Part shown: one piece after another, positions 1-8,303 of the stretch | Layout: each line of letters opens with the position of its first letter | How positions within the stretch are numbered: the first letter of the stretch is position 1 | Source of the DNA: Candidatus Hodarchaeota archaeon | GTDB lineage: Archaea; Asgardarchaeota; Heimdallarchaeia; Hodarchaeales; Hodarchaeaceae | NCBI GenBank assembly: GCA_029856365.1 | Contig: JAHQWW010000083.1 | Coordinates: 1-16,082, forward strand | Reading direction: 5' to 3' | DNA: 16,082 bases | Program-made: the position numbers and the translations under genes | Notes under the pieces: model-generated | The model's database searches: none | The model's input: the letters and a program-made list of their open reading frames with translations, nothing else | What the model was told of the DNA's origin: nothing

Positions 1-2
1 TT

Positions 3-3000
3 GGGAAAAATCCTCGCTCTAATCCAGCTACTTATACCAATTTAGCGGGTGTCGTTCGTGATATCTTTGCAAAAATTACAGGGGTTTCCTCTTCACACTT
101 TTCTTTCAATCGGTCAGAAGGATGGTGTGAAAACTGCAAAGGTATGGGAGCCATTGAAGTAAAAATGCGATTCCTACCCTCCACTTGGATTCCATGTGAT
201 GTGTGTGAGACAAAACGGTTTTCTGAAAAAGTCCTTGAAGCAATGATACGATTTGAGAACCAATCACTTTCAATTTCTGATTTCTATGAACTATCAGTTG
301 ATGAAGCGTATAATTTGCTCATTAAACAGAAAAAAATCAGTCTCACACAAAAGGACTGGAACGCTGTTAAACGGATTTTGACTGCACTTCATGACGTTGG
401 CTTAGGTTATCTCCCCCTTGGACAACCCTCTCCAACACTTTCAGGAGGAGAAGCTCAACGAGTAAAATTAGCGAAATATTTAGGAATGAAGTCGTTAAAA
501 GAGAGGTTGATCTTATTAGATGAACCTTCTACAGGCTTACATCCGCATGATGTATCACGATTATTATCTGTTTTAGATAAACTAGTGCGAACAGGTGCAA
601 CGATAGTAGTTGTAGAACATAATTCTGATTTTATTCGTGCAGCCGATTGGATTGTAGATCTTGGACCTGGTGCGGGCCCTGAAGGGGGACAATTGATCTT
701 TGCTGGTTCTCCAAAAGAGTTACCTAAAGTCAAGGAATCTGTTACTACAAAAGGACTTCTCTTTGAGGATTCGATAAGTCCTAAGGAAAAAGATTTTCAG
801 TATGACAATAAAGTAGACATTATTCGAGTAGAGAAAGCAGCTGCAAACAACCTTAAGAACGTTTCAGTAGAGTTTCCTAAGGGGTCAATAACTGTAGTCA
901 CGGGGGTGTCTGGTTCAGGGAAGTCAAGTCTAATTAGTGATATTCTTAAATCTGAGGCAGAAAGACGTTTCCTCGAGACATTATCTCTTTATGAGAGACA
1001 AGGATTCAGAGAAGGGCCTGAAGCACCAGTTGATTCTATAACTGGTCTTGGTGTCACTATTAGTATTGATCCAAGGCGAATTGGAAAATGGTATAATTAT
1101 CGTTCAACTGTAGGCTTGATAACAGAGATTTCACATCATTTAACAATCCTTATGTCTAATTTCGGTGAATATAAGTGTTCAAATTGTAATACTCTATGTA
1201 GGAGACAACACCAAGAATGGTTTTGCCCAAACTGCAATTTTTCATTTCCAATTCCTGAAGCAAAGTATTTTTCCACTTCAAATTATGCTTCAGCTTGCAA
1301 GAAATGTCATGGGGTTGGGACACTTCCAATCCCTAAACCAGAGAAATTAATCATTCATCCTGATAAACCTTTGTGTAAGGGAGCAATGTACTCTCCAGGA
1401 TTCTTTCCAAAGGGCTATTTATGTAAAAGGTATAATGGAGGATATTATGTAGTTCAGGCTTTAGCAAAACGTCATTATTTTGATCCTATGACAACTCCTT
1501 GGAATAAAATGTCTCCTGAAGCTCAAAGCGCCTTTTTATTTGGCGAATCAAAACCATTAAAGGTTACATTTGAAAGTCGAAGTCGACCAGGTATCTATGA
1601 TAGGACAATTCAATTCCGCGGGTTTTATGGTTGGATAGGTGACTGGGATGTAGGGGGTACATATTCTTCTACAGTAACATGTTCCGAGTGTAATGGAACA
1701 CGATTAAGGCCTGAATACCTTTCTATAACTCTTGGAGGCTATAATATACATGATTTTACTGAAATGGCTTTTAAGCAACTTCTAGCGGTATTACAGGACC
1801 TAAAATTACCAGATATAGATACAAATATCGCTCGATTCAGTTTGGAGACCATTATTCATCGTCTCAGCTTCTTGAATCAAGTCGGTTTAGGGTATATCAA
1901 TGCCTCACGAGTTATAATGACATTGAGTGCAGGAGAGGCTCAACGAATAAGATTAGCTGGATTATTAGGGAGTAATTTGACCTCTCTTACTGTCTTACTT
2001 GACGAACCAACTAGAGGTTTACATCCTAGTGAGATTGATGGATTGTTAAATGCTTTAACTCGACTTCGTGATGATAATAATACAGTCATTGTTATAGAGC
2101 ATGATCCTCAGGTAATCAAGGCAGCTGATCATGTAATCGATATTGGCCCTGGCCCTGGAGCAGCGGGTGGAAAAATTGTTGCTCAAGGAACTCTTGCGCA
2201 AATTTCTAAAGCTGATACAATCACTGCATTATGGTTGCGAGGAAAACGTCGTTTTCGTCGTCCAAAGAAGTACGAGAAATTCCGTAAACCACGTGGATGG
2301 TTAACTCTTAAAGGTGTTCGTGAAAATAATCTTAAGAATATTGATTTAAAAATTCCTCTCGGTGTTTTTGTAGGTATTTGCGGGGTATCTGGTTCAGGGA
2401 AAAGTTCGCTGTTCATTGATGTCTTAAGCCGTATTCTTGTACCTAAAAAGCATACAACATCGGTCGCTTATGAACCAAAAGATCCTGGTGAATACGATTC
2501 TATTAATGGTGCTCCTTCTCGAGCACTGATTATTGACCAATCAAAACATGAAGTTAGTAGTCCATTTGCTTATTTTAACTTAAGAAAACCTCTTTATTCC
2601 TTATATGCCGAAAGTGCCGATGCCAAAGCTCTTGGATTGGATGAAAAGCATTTATTCCAACGATGTTCTGCTTGTAAGGGTAGGGGTCGAATTCGAATGG
2701 ACATGGGGTTTCTCCCTGACGTATTCACTTCTTGTGATACATGTCAAGGAACTGGCCTCACAGCTGAAGCATGGATGGTTCGATTATATGGGTATACTTT
2801 GCCAGAGCTGTTTGATTTAACACTTAACCAGATATATGATCTTTTCAAACATGATGATAGGATCTCTCGACCACTACAAGCAGCTAAAGACGTGGGTCTA
2901 GGATATTTAATATTACGTCAACCACGTATTCATTTATCAGGTGGAGAATGTCAAAGGCTAAAAATTGCCAAAGAACTTAGTAGAAAGAAACCAAAATCAG

Positions 3001-3287
3001 AAAAATCAACAATGTATATTTTGGATGAACCGACCGTGGGTCAGCATTTGCAAGATGTGTCACGTTTGCTGAAAGTTCTTCAACGTTTGGTTGACGAAGG
3101 GAATAGTGTGATAGTGATTGAACATCACCCCCATGTTCTTGCTGCCTGTGACTGGCTTCTAGAACTTGGCCCTGTGGGGGGACCAGAAGGTGGGTATATT
3201 GTGGCAGCTGATACACCCATAAAAGTAGCGGAAGGAGTTACTCCTACTGCTAAGTACCTTTGTACTGTTTTAGAGGGCCAATTATGA
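3..3287 (+). CDS. uvrA: Tandem-fused (double-length) UvrA-family ABC ATPase, 5'-truncated by the window edge
   Basis: The frame is open from nt 3 (GKNPRSNPATYT...FSFNRSEGWCENCKG), so the ATG at 144 is internal. The end of one UvrA unit (LSGGEAQR, DEPSTGLH, VEHN) is followed in frame by a complete second unit: GVSGSGKS twice, LSAGEAQR/DEPTRGLH, LSGGECQR/DEPTVGQH and several CxxC zinc modules. Confidence 0.92.
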   Translation, partial: GKNPRSNPATYTNLAGVVRDIFAKITGVSSSHFSFNRSEGWCENCKGMGAIEVKMRFLPSTWIPCDVCETKRFSEKVLEAMIRFENQSLSISDFYELSVDEAYNLLIKQKKISLTQKDWNAVKRILTALHDVGLGYLPLGQPSPTLSGGEAQRVKLAKYLGMKSLKERLILLDEPSTGLHPHDVSRLLSVLDKLVRTGATIVVVEHNSDFIRAADWIVDLGPGAGPEGGQLIFAGSPKELPKVKESVTTKGLLFEDSISPKEKDFQYDNKVDIIRVEKAAANNLKNVSVEFPKGSITVVTGVSGSGKSSLISDILKSEAERRFLETLSLYERQGFREGPEAPVDSITGLGVTISIDPRRIGKWYNYRSTVGLITEISHHLTILMSNFGEYKCSNCNTLCRRQHQEWFCPNCNFSFPIPEAKYFSTSNYASACKKCHGVGTLPIPKPEKLIIHPDKPLCKGAMYSPGFFPKGYLCKRYNGGYYVVQALAKRHYFDPMTTPWNKMSPEAQSAFLFGESKPLKVTFESRSRPGIYDRTIQFRGFYGWIGDWDVGGTYSSTVTCSECNGTRLRPEYLSITLGGYNIHDFTEMAFKQLLAVLQDLKLPDIDTNIARFSLETIIHRLSFLNQVGLGYINASRVIMTLSAGEAQRIRLAGLLGSNLTSLTVLLDEPTRGLHPSEIDGLLNALTRLRDDNNTVIVIEHDPQVIKAADHVIDIGPGPGAAGGKIVAQGTLAQISKADTITALWLRGKRRFRRPKKYEKFRKPRGWLTLKGVRENNLKNIDLKIPLGVFVGICGVSGSGKSSLFIDVLSRILVPKKHTTSVAYEPKDPGEYDSINGAPSRALIIDQSKHEVSSPFAYFNLRKPLYSLYAESADAKALGLDEKHLFQRCSACKGRGRIRMDMGFLPDVFTSCDTCQGTGLTAEAWMVRLYGYTLPELFDLTLNQIYDLFKHDDRISRPLQAAKDVGLGYLILRQPRIHLSGGECQRLKIAKELSRKKPKSEKSTMYILDEPTVGQHLQDVSRLLKVLQRLVDEGNSVIVIEHHPHVLAACDWLLELGPVGGPEGGYIVAADTPIKVAEGVTPTAKYLCTVLEGQL

Positions 3288-4315
3288 ATTGGATTCCATT
3301 ACTTTTAGCAGATCCATCTCCTTGTTTGCGTTTATTGGTCTTACAGGACCTTCTACATAAGTCAGAATCAAATCTAGAAGTCAAAGAGTTAAAAGAAATT
3401 CGTGATTCTGATTTTCTAATAGTAGACTTCATTAAACTCCAACAATCTGATGGTTCTTGGAATGGTGCTGATTTTCCGAATTTATTTACTTATACCGATA
3501 AAATAACAACTACTTCAATGGTGTTGTTAAGATTTGGATTCTTAGGATATTCATCAGAGCATCCTTCCGTTCAGAAGGGAGTTGATTTTCTCTTCTCAAA
3601 ACAATCAGATGAAGGATCATGGCCTCTTCCTCTTAGAAGCCAAAAAGTTGATGGAGGGTATGATATGATTCCTTTACAAACTGCATTTCCATTACGTGCA
3701 GTCGCAGCATGTGGATACTCGACTAATGAACGAGCTGAACTTGGTTTCGAATGGTTATTAGCTCAAAGACTAAGAGATGGATCATGGCCAGCAGGAACGA
3801 AAGCAGGAACAAGGGGTTTTATTGCAGGCTATCGAAAGCTCGCTCATTCTCGGTGGGGATGTCGAACAAATACTACAGCAGCGTTACATTGTTTGGCATT
3901 ACATCCTACATATCAAACTGGTGAAGACGCTCATCGTGCCCTTGATCTTCTTCTTGCTCGTGAAACTCGTGAAAAACATACTCTTGGATTTGAAGTTACT
4001 CGTCTGATTGGATTAGAACTAGCTACAGGATATTTTACACATTTTGCTAGATTTGATGCTGCTTTCCTTCTCCATTTATGTTGGCGAGTTGGAGCTAGTA
4101 CTGAGGATGACCGAGTGAATGAACTATTAGAATTCATCCTTCAACAACAAGGATCTTATGGTTTATGGAATTATCCCCCTTTTCCACAAGCTTCTAGGTG
4201 GATAACCTTTGATATATTACGGTCTCTTTCAGGACTGGATAATTCCACTGATTGGCTCAGTCTTGAACCAAGAACCCCATTCAGAACATATCAGAGAAGT
4301 GAGAAGAGATTCTAG
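3284..4315 (+). CDS. Prenyltransferase/squalene-oxidase (QW-repeat) alpha/alpha-barrel protein
   Basis: Repeated QxxDGSW-type motifs (QQSDGSW, QSDEGSW, QRLRDGSW, QQGSYGLW) each follow a helix. The ATG at 3284 overlaps the uvrA stop (ATGA) and is preferred over the TTG at 3260. Confidence 0.8.
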   Translation: MNWIPLLLADPSPCLRLLVLQDLLHKSESNLEVKELKEIRDSDFLIVDFIKLQQSDGSWNGADFPNLFTYTDKITTTSMVLLRFGFLGYSSEHPSVQKGVDFLFSKQSDEGSWPLPLRSQKVDGGYDMIPLQTAFPLRAVAACGYSTNERAELGFEWLLAQRLRDGSWPAGTKAGTRGFIAGYRKLAHSRWGCRTNTTAALHCLALHPTYQTGEDAHRALDLLLARETREKHTLGFEVTRLIGLELATGYFTHFARFDAAFLLHLCWRVGASTEDDRVNELLEFILQQQGSYGLWNYPPFPQASRWITFDILRSLSGLDNSTDWLSLEPRTPFRTYQRSEKRF

Positions 4316-4349
4316 TGTGAAAACATAACTTTCCAAGTGATTTATTGGT

Positions 4350-5300
4350 CTAGTTTTCAAGAAAAACATTGTTAATTTTAAGAAGTAACGATCGAAGCCA
4401 GATAACGAGAGAAAGATGCCCTCCTGGATAGGAGAGGAGTGGTTTACTTAACATGTTGGCTAGATTTCGAACTCGACTAAATGGCACAATTCGATCATAT
4501 TTTCCTCCAATTATTGCAGTGTGACGATTAGTGGTAAATGGAGAAAAATATTTCAAGTTACACGAGTAGAGGATCTTATACCAATTAGTTTGTCCTTTTT
4601 CTTTCATTTGAGAGACAATTTCTGTCGAGATAGGGACAATTTTTGGGTTAATGTTAAATAAAAAAGGACTTGCAAGTGCACAAATAATATCAATTTCTTT
4701 AAGAAATTGTGTTATGAGAGCTGTTAAATGGCCTCCTAGTGAAACTCCAAATAAAACGATTCGTTCATATTTTTCTTTAAGATAGTAAACTAAGTACAAA
4801 ATTTCTTGAATAGATTGCCGGATGGATTCTAACATCCTAATAGGATTACCATTAAGGTAATAAGCTCCTGAGAAAGGAGAATCGTTTGGTTGACGATGAA
4901 AATGATAGGGTAATTCAAAAGTTAATATATTACTTTGAAATATATTCTGTAAGATGCGAAAATAACTGATTTCATGGAAAAAAAAAGTTGATTCAGCATA
5001 ACCATGAATGAAAAGAACTACAGATTTAGAATTCTGGCCATCAAAGTCCTTATGTCGATATTGGTGAGTGATCATTTTGAGTACAGGATGATATTTTGTT
5101 TCTTGTAATATTGGAGAAAGAGGTTGATATGGACTGCTAAATTTAGCAGCAGAATGAGAGAAAGAACCTCTAGAAATGCTTTGACTCCATTTGATTTCGT
5201 GAAATTTTGGTTTGAAATTTTTGATAAAAAAATCACGGGGGTTTTTTTGATAATAACGCCTGTATATAGAAATAAATGACTGAGAAAGATCTATATCCAT
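4350..5300 (-). CDS. Alpha/beta-fold hydrolase
   Basis: HG oxyanion motif (LFIHGY), GxSxG nucleophile elbow (GVSLGG), Asp in GKYDRIVP and His in YPGGH. Start is uncertain: ATG 5300, GTG 5351 or TTG 5417. Confidence 0.85.
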   Translation of the reverse strand: MDIDLSQSFISIYRRYYQKNPRDFFIKNFKPKFHEIKWSQSISRGSFSHSAAKFSSPYQPLSPILQETKYHPVLKMITHQYRHKDFDGQNSKSVVLFIHGYAESTFFFHEISYFRILQNIFQSNILTFELPYHFHRQPNDSPFSGAYYLNGNPIRMLESIRQSIQEILYLVYYLKEKYERIVLFGVSLGGHLTALITQFLKEIDIICALASPFLFNINPKIVPISTEIVSQMKEKGQTNWYKILYSCNLKYFSPFTTNRHTAIIGGKYDRIVPFSRVRNLANMLSKPLLSYPGGHLSLVIWLRSLLLKINNVFLEN

Positions 5301-5537
5301 AAGATTTCCTTTATTTCGGAATTTAAAATAATTTATAACGGGATACTCCACTAGATCGCTGGGAACAATGGTGCCCAATACTAAACTAGCTCCTTGATGA
5401 CAAAAGGTAATTAACAAAATGCAGCTTGATCTTTTTTTATTGAAGATACTTATAAATTATGGCTTACAGAAATTTCCAAAGAATATCTAATCTATCATTT
5501 GAGAACATTAGCGATTAAAAATCTTGAGAATAGTAAA

Positions 5538-6302
5538 ATGAGTATCAAAGAGATCTTCAATGAACTCATAAATGCTAATAACGCAGAACCACTTTTAAAA
5601 TTGATCCAAGAAATTAAGGAGAGTATTCCCCAATCTCAAAGAACGGGAAAAGGCATAGTTTGGACCTTACGTCAGATTAGAAAACAAATTATCAAAGAAA
5701 AAGTCCTTTTAGAAGTGAAAAAGCAATCTTTGGATGTGTTAATTAGTAATGATCATTGGCAAATCAGACACCTCGCTCCATTAATAGCATCTAATTGTAG
5801 TATTGAGGAAAAACACCTTACATCTTACTTGCCTATAATAAAATCTGCTGCAATTGATTTGCATTTTGCTGTGAGAGAAGCAGCCCAAATGGCAATGAGG
5901 GAATTATTGCAGGTATTTCCTGACGAAGTCCTCCAACTATACGATAATGAATGGATAGCTAACCCTGAGGAAAATGTTAGGCGTTGTGTATCGGAATCAC
6001 TCAGGCCAGTTCTGGTTGGAGGTAAAAATTGGATCCATAATGAACCACAGGAGAGTGTTAAGAGATTAAAGCGGTTAAATCGTGATCCAAGCTTATATGT
6101 TCGTAAAAGTGTTGGGAATAATCTAGCTGATATTTCTAGAAAGCATCCAAAATTAGTATTAGCAATTCTTCGTGAATGGTTAGATGAAAATAATTATAAT
6201 AAATGGACATTATTCATTGCTCGAAAAGCATGCCGTCGTGTCGTTAAGATTCACCCTGTTGAAGTGAATGAACTACTTAGAGGGAAATCCATCGTCAAAT
6301 AG
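5538..6302 (+). CDS. HEAT-repeat DNA alkylation repair protein (AlkC/AlkD-like superfamily)
   Basis: HEAT-like helical repeats (FAVREAA, ENVRRCVSESLRP, DPSLYVRKSVGNNLADIS). The last motif is typical of DNA alkylation repair enzyme families. ATG 5538 is preferred over TTG 5499. Confidence 0.8.
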   Translation: MSIKEIFNELINANNAEPLLKLIQEIKESIPQSQRTGKGIVWTLRQIRKQIIKEKVLLEVKKQSLDVLISNDHWQIRHLAPLIASNCSIEEKHLTSYLPIIKSAAIDLHFAVREAAQMAMRELLQVFPDEVLQLYDNEWIANPEENVRRCVSESLRPVLVGGKNWIHNEPQESVKRLKRLNRDPSLYVRKSVGNNLADISRKHPKLVLAILREWLDENNYNKWTLFIARKACRRVVKIHPVEVNELLRGKSIVK

Positions 6303-6495
6303 TCTATAGCTATTTATCTATTAAACGTTAAAAGGAGTATTTTTGATTCTTGTGAAGAACTAAAACAGAATGAAAAGTGTATGCTTGCTTGGAAAGAGAC
6401 CATCATGAACATAGAAAAGTTTCAGGCTCCACTATAAAAGCAAGCACAGAAATAGTATTCATTAACTAGAATTAAAATTTTTCCTTAACCTCTAT

Positions 6496-6897
6496 TCATT
6501 CCATTGTTGTCAATCCTTTCAAAAGTTCCAATGCTTGATCTGATTTATCAATAGGAACAAAAAGATGATCATGATAATACGCAGAAACAATATTCACACT
6601 TATTTTTGATTTAGCTAACGTATCTGTGATTACAGACAGAAATCCAATAGCTGAGAGGTTGGAATGAACTGTGAGGATAATCCATGCCCATACCCCAAAA
6701 TAAGAAAGAGAATTATTTTCTGCAATTTTCCTTTTTACAATAAGAGTGATTCCTTCTTCTTCTGAAAACATCATTAGGGGACTAATTTTCAGTTCAGAAA
6801 AACGAGTTCTGGAAATAGTACAAAAAACAAATTCTTCATTTACTATTTTTGGTTTCATTTGTTTTAACAAGATCTTCAAGTTTGATATGCCAACCAA
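6496..6897 (-). CDS. ACT domain-containing protein (DUF2241/ACT_3 + ACT_7, CASTOR-ACT-like)
   Basis: Motifs FVFCT, EEEGITLIV, LTVHSNLSAIGF and NIVSAYYHDHLFVP. A GAGGT RBS-like motif lies just upstream of the TTG start. Confidence 0.88.
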   Translation of the reverse strand: MVGISNLKILLKQMKPKIVNEEFVFCTISRTRFSELKISPLMMFSEEEGITLIVKRKIAENNSLSYFGVWAWIILTVHSNLSAIGFLSVITDTLAKSKISVNIVSAYYHDHLFVPIDKSDQALELLKGLTTME

Positions 6898-6974
6898 AAA
6901 AATACCTCTTATACTGGTTGATTGTTAAATTGGATCCTTTTTTTAAAAGTCTGCTTAAATCAATTAATAGAATA

Positions 6975-8204
6975 TTAAATACGAGAAAGTGCTTGTGATA
7001 AGTCTTCAATGAGATCATCAATATCCTCAAGGCCCACAGACAACCTTACTAAACCATCCATAATTCCACTATCAATACGTGTTTCTCGAGGAACTTTAGC
7101 ATGACTCATACTGGCCGGGTGCTGAATAAGACTATATATACATCCCAAAGAAGGTGCCAATGTGATAACTCTCACATTATTCATTAAACTCTCTCCTCCT
7201 TCTAGTCCTGTTTTTAATTCAAAAGCTATCATACCACCAAATTTTCCATTCATCTGTCGTTTAGCTAATGTGTGTTGAGGATGGGATGTTAATCCTGGAT
7301 AAAATACCTCTTTAATCTTAGGATGGTCTGTAAGATATTCTGCTAAAGCCATGGCATTAGAACAATGTCTTTCCATCCTTAATGGCAAAGTTTTCATTCC
7401 ATTAAGAACTAAAAAAGCATCGAATGGTGATTGTGTTGCCCCAAGATTTTTCTTTACAAACTGTAAACGTTCTCTTTTCTCCCCAATTAATTTTGAAGCT
7501 AGAATCCCAGAACAAGTCGTACCATGGCCATTTAGATATTTTGTAGTAGAATGTACAGAGATATCTGCTCCCAATTCCAGAGGTTTTTGTAACACAGGAG
7601 TAGCAAAAGTGTTGTCAACAATAACTGGGATGCTATGTTCTTTTCCAATCTTACTGATTTCATGAATGTCAGAAATAGCTAAATTTGGATTAGTAGGAGT
7701 TTCAATATAGAGAAGATCGATTTTGGAATTCATAACTTCCTTTACTCGTTCTACCCCTTCAATCCCTGATGTATTAACGTATTTGGTTTTAATACGATAA
7801 GCTTGCAGAATTCCATCGAGTAAATAATTGGTGCCACCATAGACTGGATTCGTAGCCAAAATTATGTCTTCACTTTTTGTCAACGCAATTAAAATTGTTG
7901 CAATGGCAGACATTCCTGTTGCAAAAGCATGGCCTTCAACATGAATTCTCTTTTTCATTAGATTAATTCCTTCAAGAATAGCTAACTTCTCTTCAGAAGC
8001 AAATACTGTTGGATTGCCAAGCCGTGTGTAAATATATCCTGGTTCGTCACCCTCAAATCTTTTACGTCCAATCTCAACATCAGGAAATCTGAAGGTAGAA
8101 GTAGCAAAAATTGGTGTAACAAGAGAATCAGCATAGCTCTCTTCGATCCCTGCACGGAGAGCTAGTGTTGCAGTCTTCCAATTAAGATATGTATTATATG
8201 TCAT
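6975..8204 (-). CDS. megL: PLP-dependent trans-sulfuration enzyme, methionine gamma-lyase-like
   Basis: Motifs PIFATSTF, GYIYTRLGNPT, ETPTNP, DNTFATP, HSTTKYLNGHG (PLP lysine), HPASMSH and GLVRLSVGLE. The family is certain but the substrate is not, because the sequence has YGGT rather than YGCT. Confidence 0.85.
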   Translation of the reverse strand: MTYNTYLNWKTATLALRAGIEESYADSLVTPIFATSTFRFPDVEIGRKRFEGDEPGYIYTRLGNPTVFASEEKLAILEGINLMKKRIHVEGHAFATGMSAIATILIALTKSEDIILATNPVYGGTNYLLDGILQAYRIKTKYVNTSGIEGVERVKEVMNSKIDLLYIETPTNPNLAISDIHEISKIGKEHSIPVIVDNTFATPVLQKPLELGADISVHSTTKYLNGHGTTCSGILASKLIGEKRERLQFVKKNLGATQSPFDAFLVLNGMKTLPLRMERHCSNAMALAEYLTDHPKIKEVFYPGLTSHPQHTLAKRQMNGKFGGMIAFELKTGLEGGESLMNNVRVITLAPSLGCIYSLIQHPASMSHAKVPRETRIDSGIMDGLVRLSVGLEDIDDLIEDLSQALSRI

Positions 8205-8303
8205 AATTATCAAAATCCATTATATGTAATTATGGTCAAGATTTCGTGTTTTGAAAATCAAACCTTAAGTTTTTAGTCTTCTATAGGAGTTTAATTTATT
8301 GAC

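Noticed and set aside
144-146. ATG 144 as the uvrA start
   Set aside because: The frame is open upstream with conserved UvrA motifs (RSNPATY, FSFN, CxxC), so the gene starts before the window.
3284-4315. Squalene-hopene or oxidosqualene cyclase (hopanoid/sterol synthesis)
   Set aside because: It is only about 340 aa with a single barrel and has no DxDD/DCTAE protonation motif. QW repeats alone do not imply cyclase activity.
7554-7562. TACAGAGAT, resembling the METTL16 target UACAGAGAA
   Set aside because: The match is imperfect, lies antisense to the lyase mRNA and has no evident hairpin. It is expected by chance.
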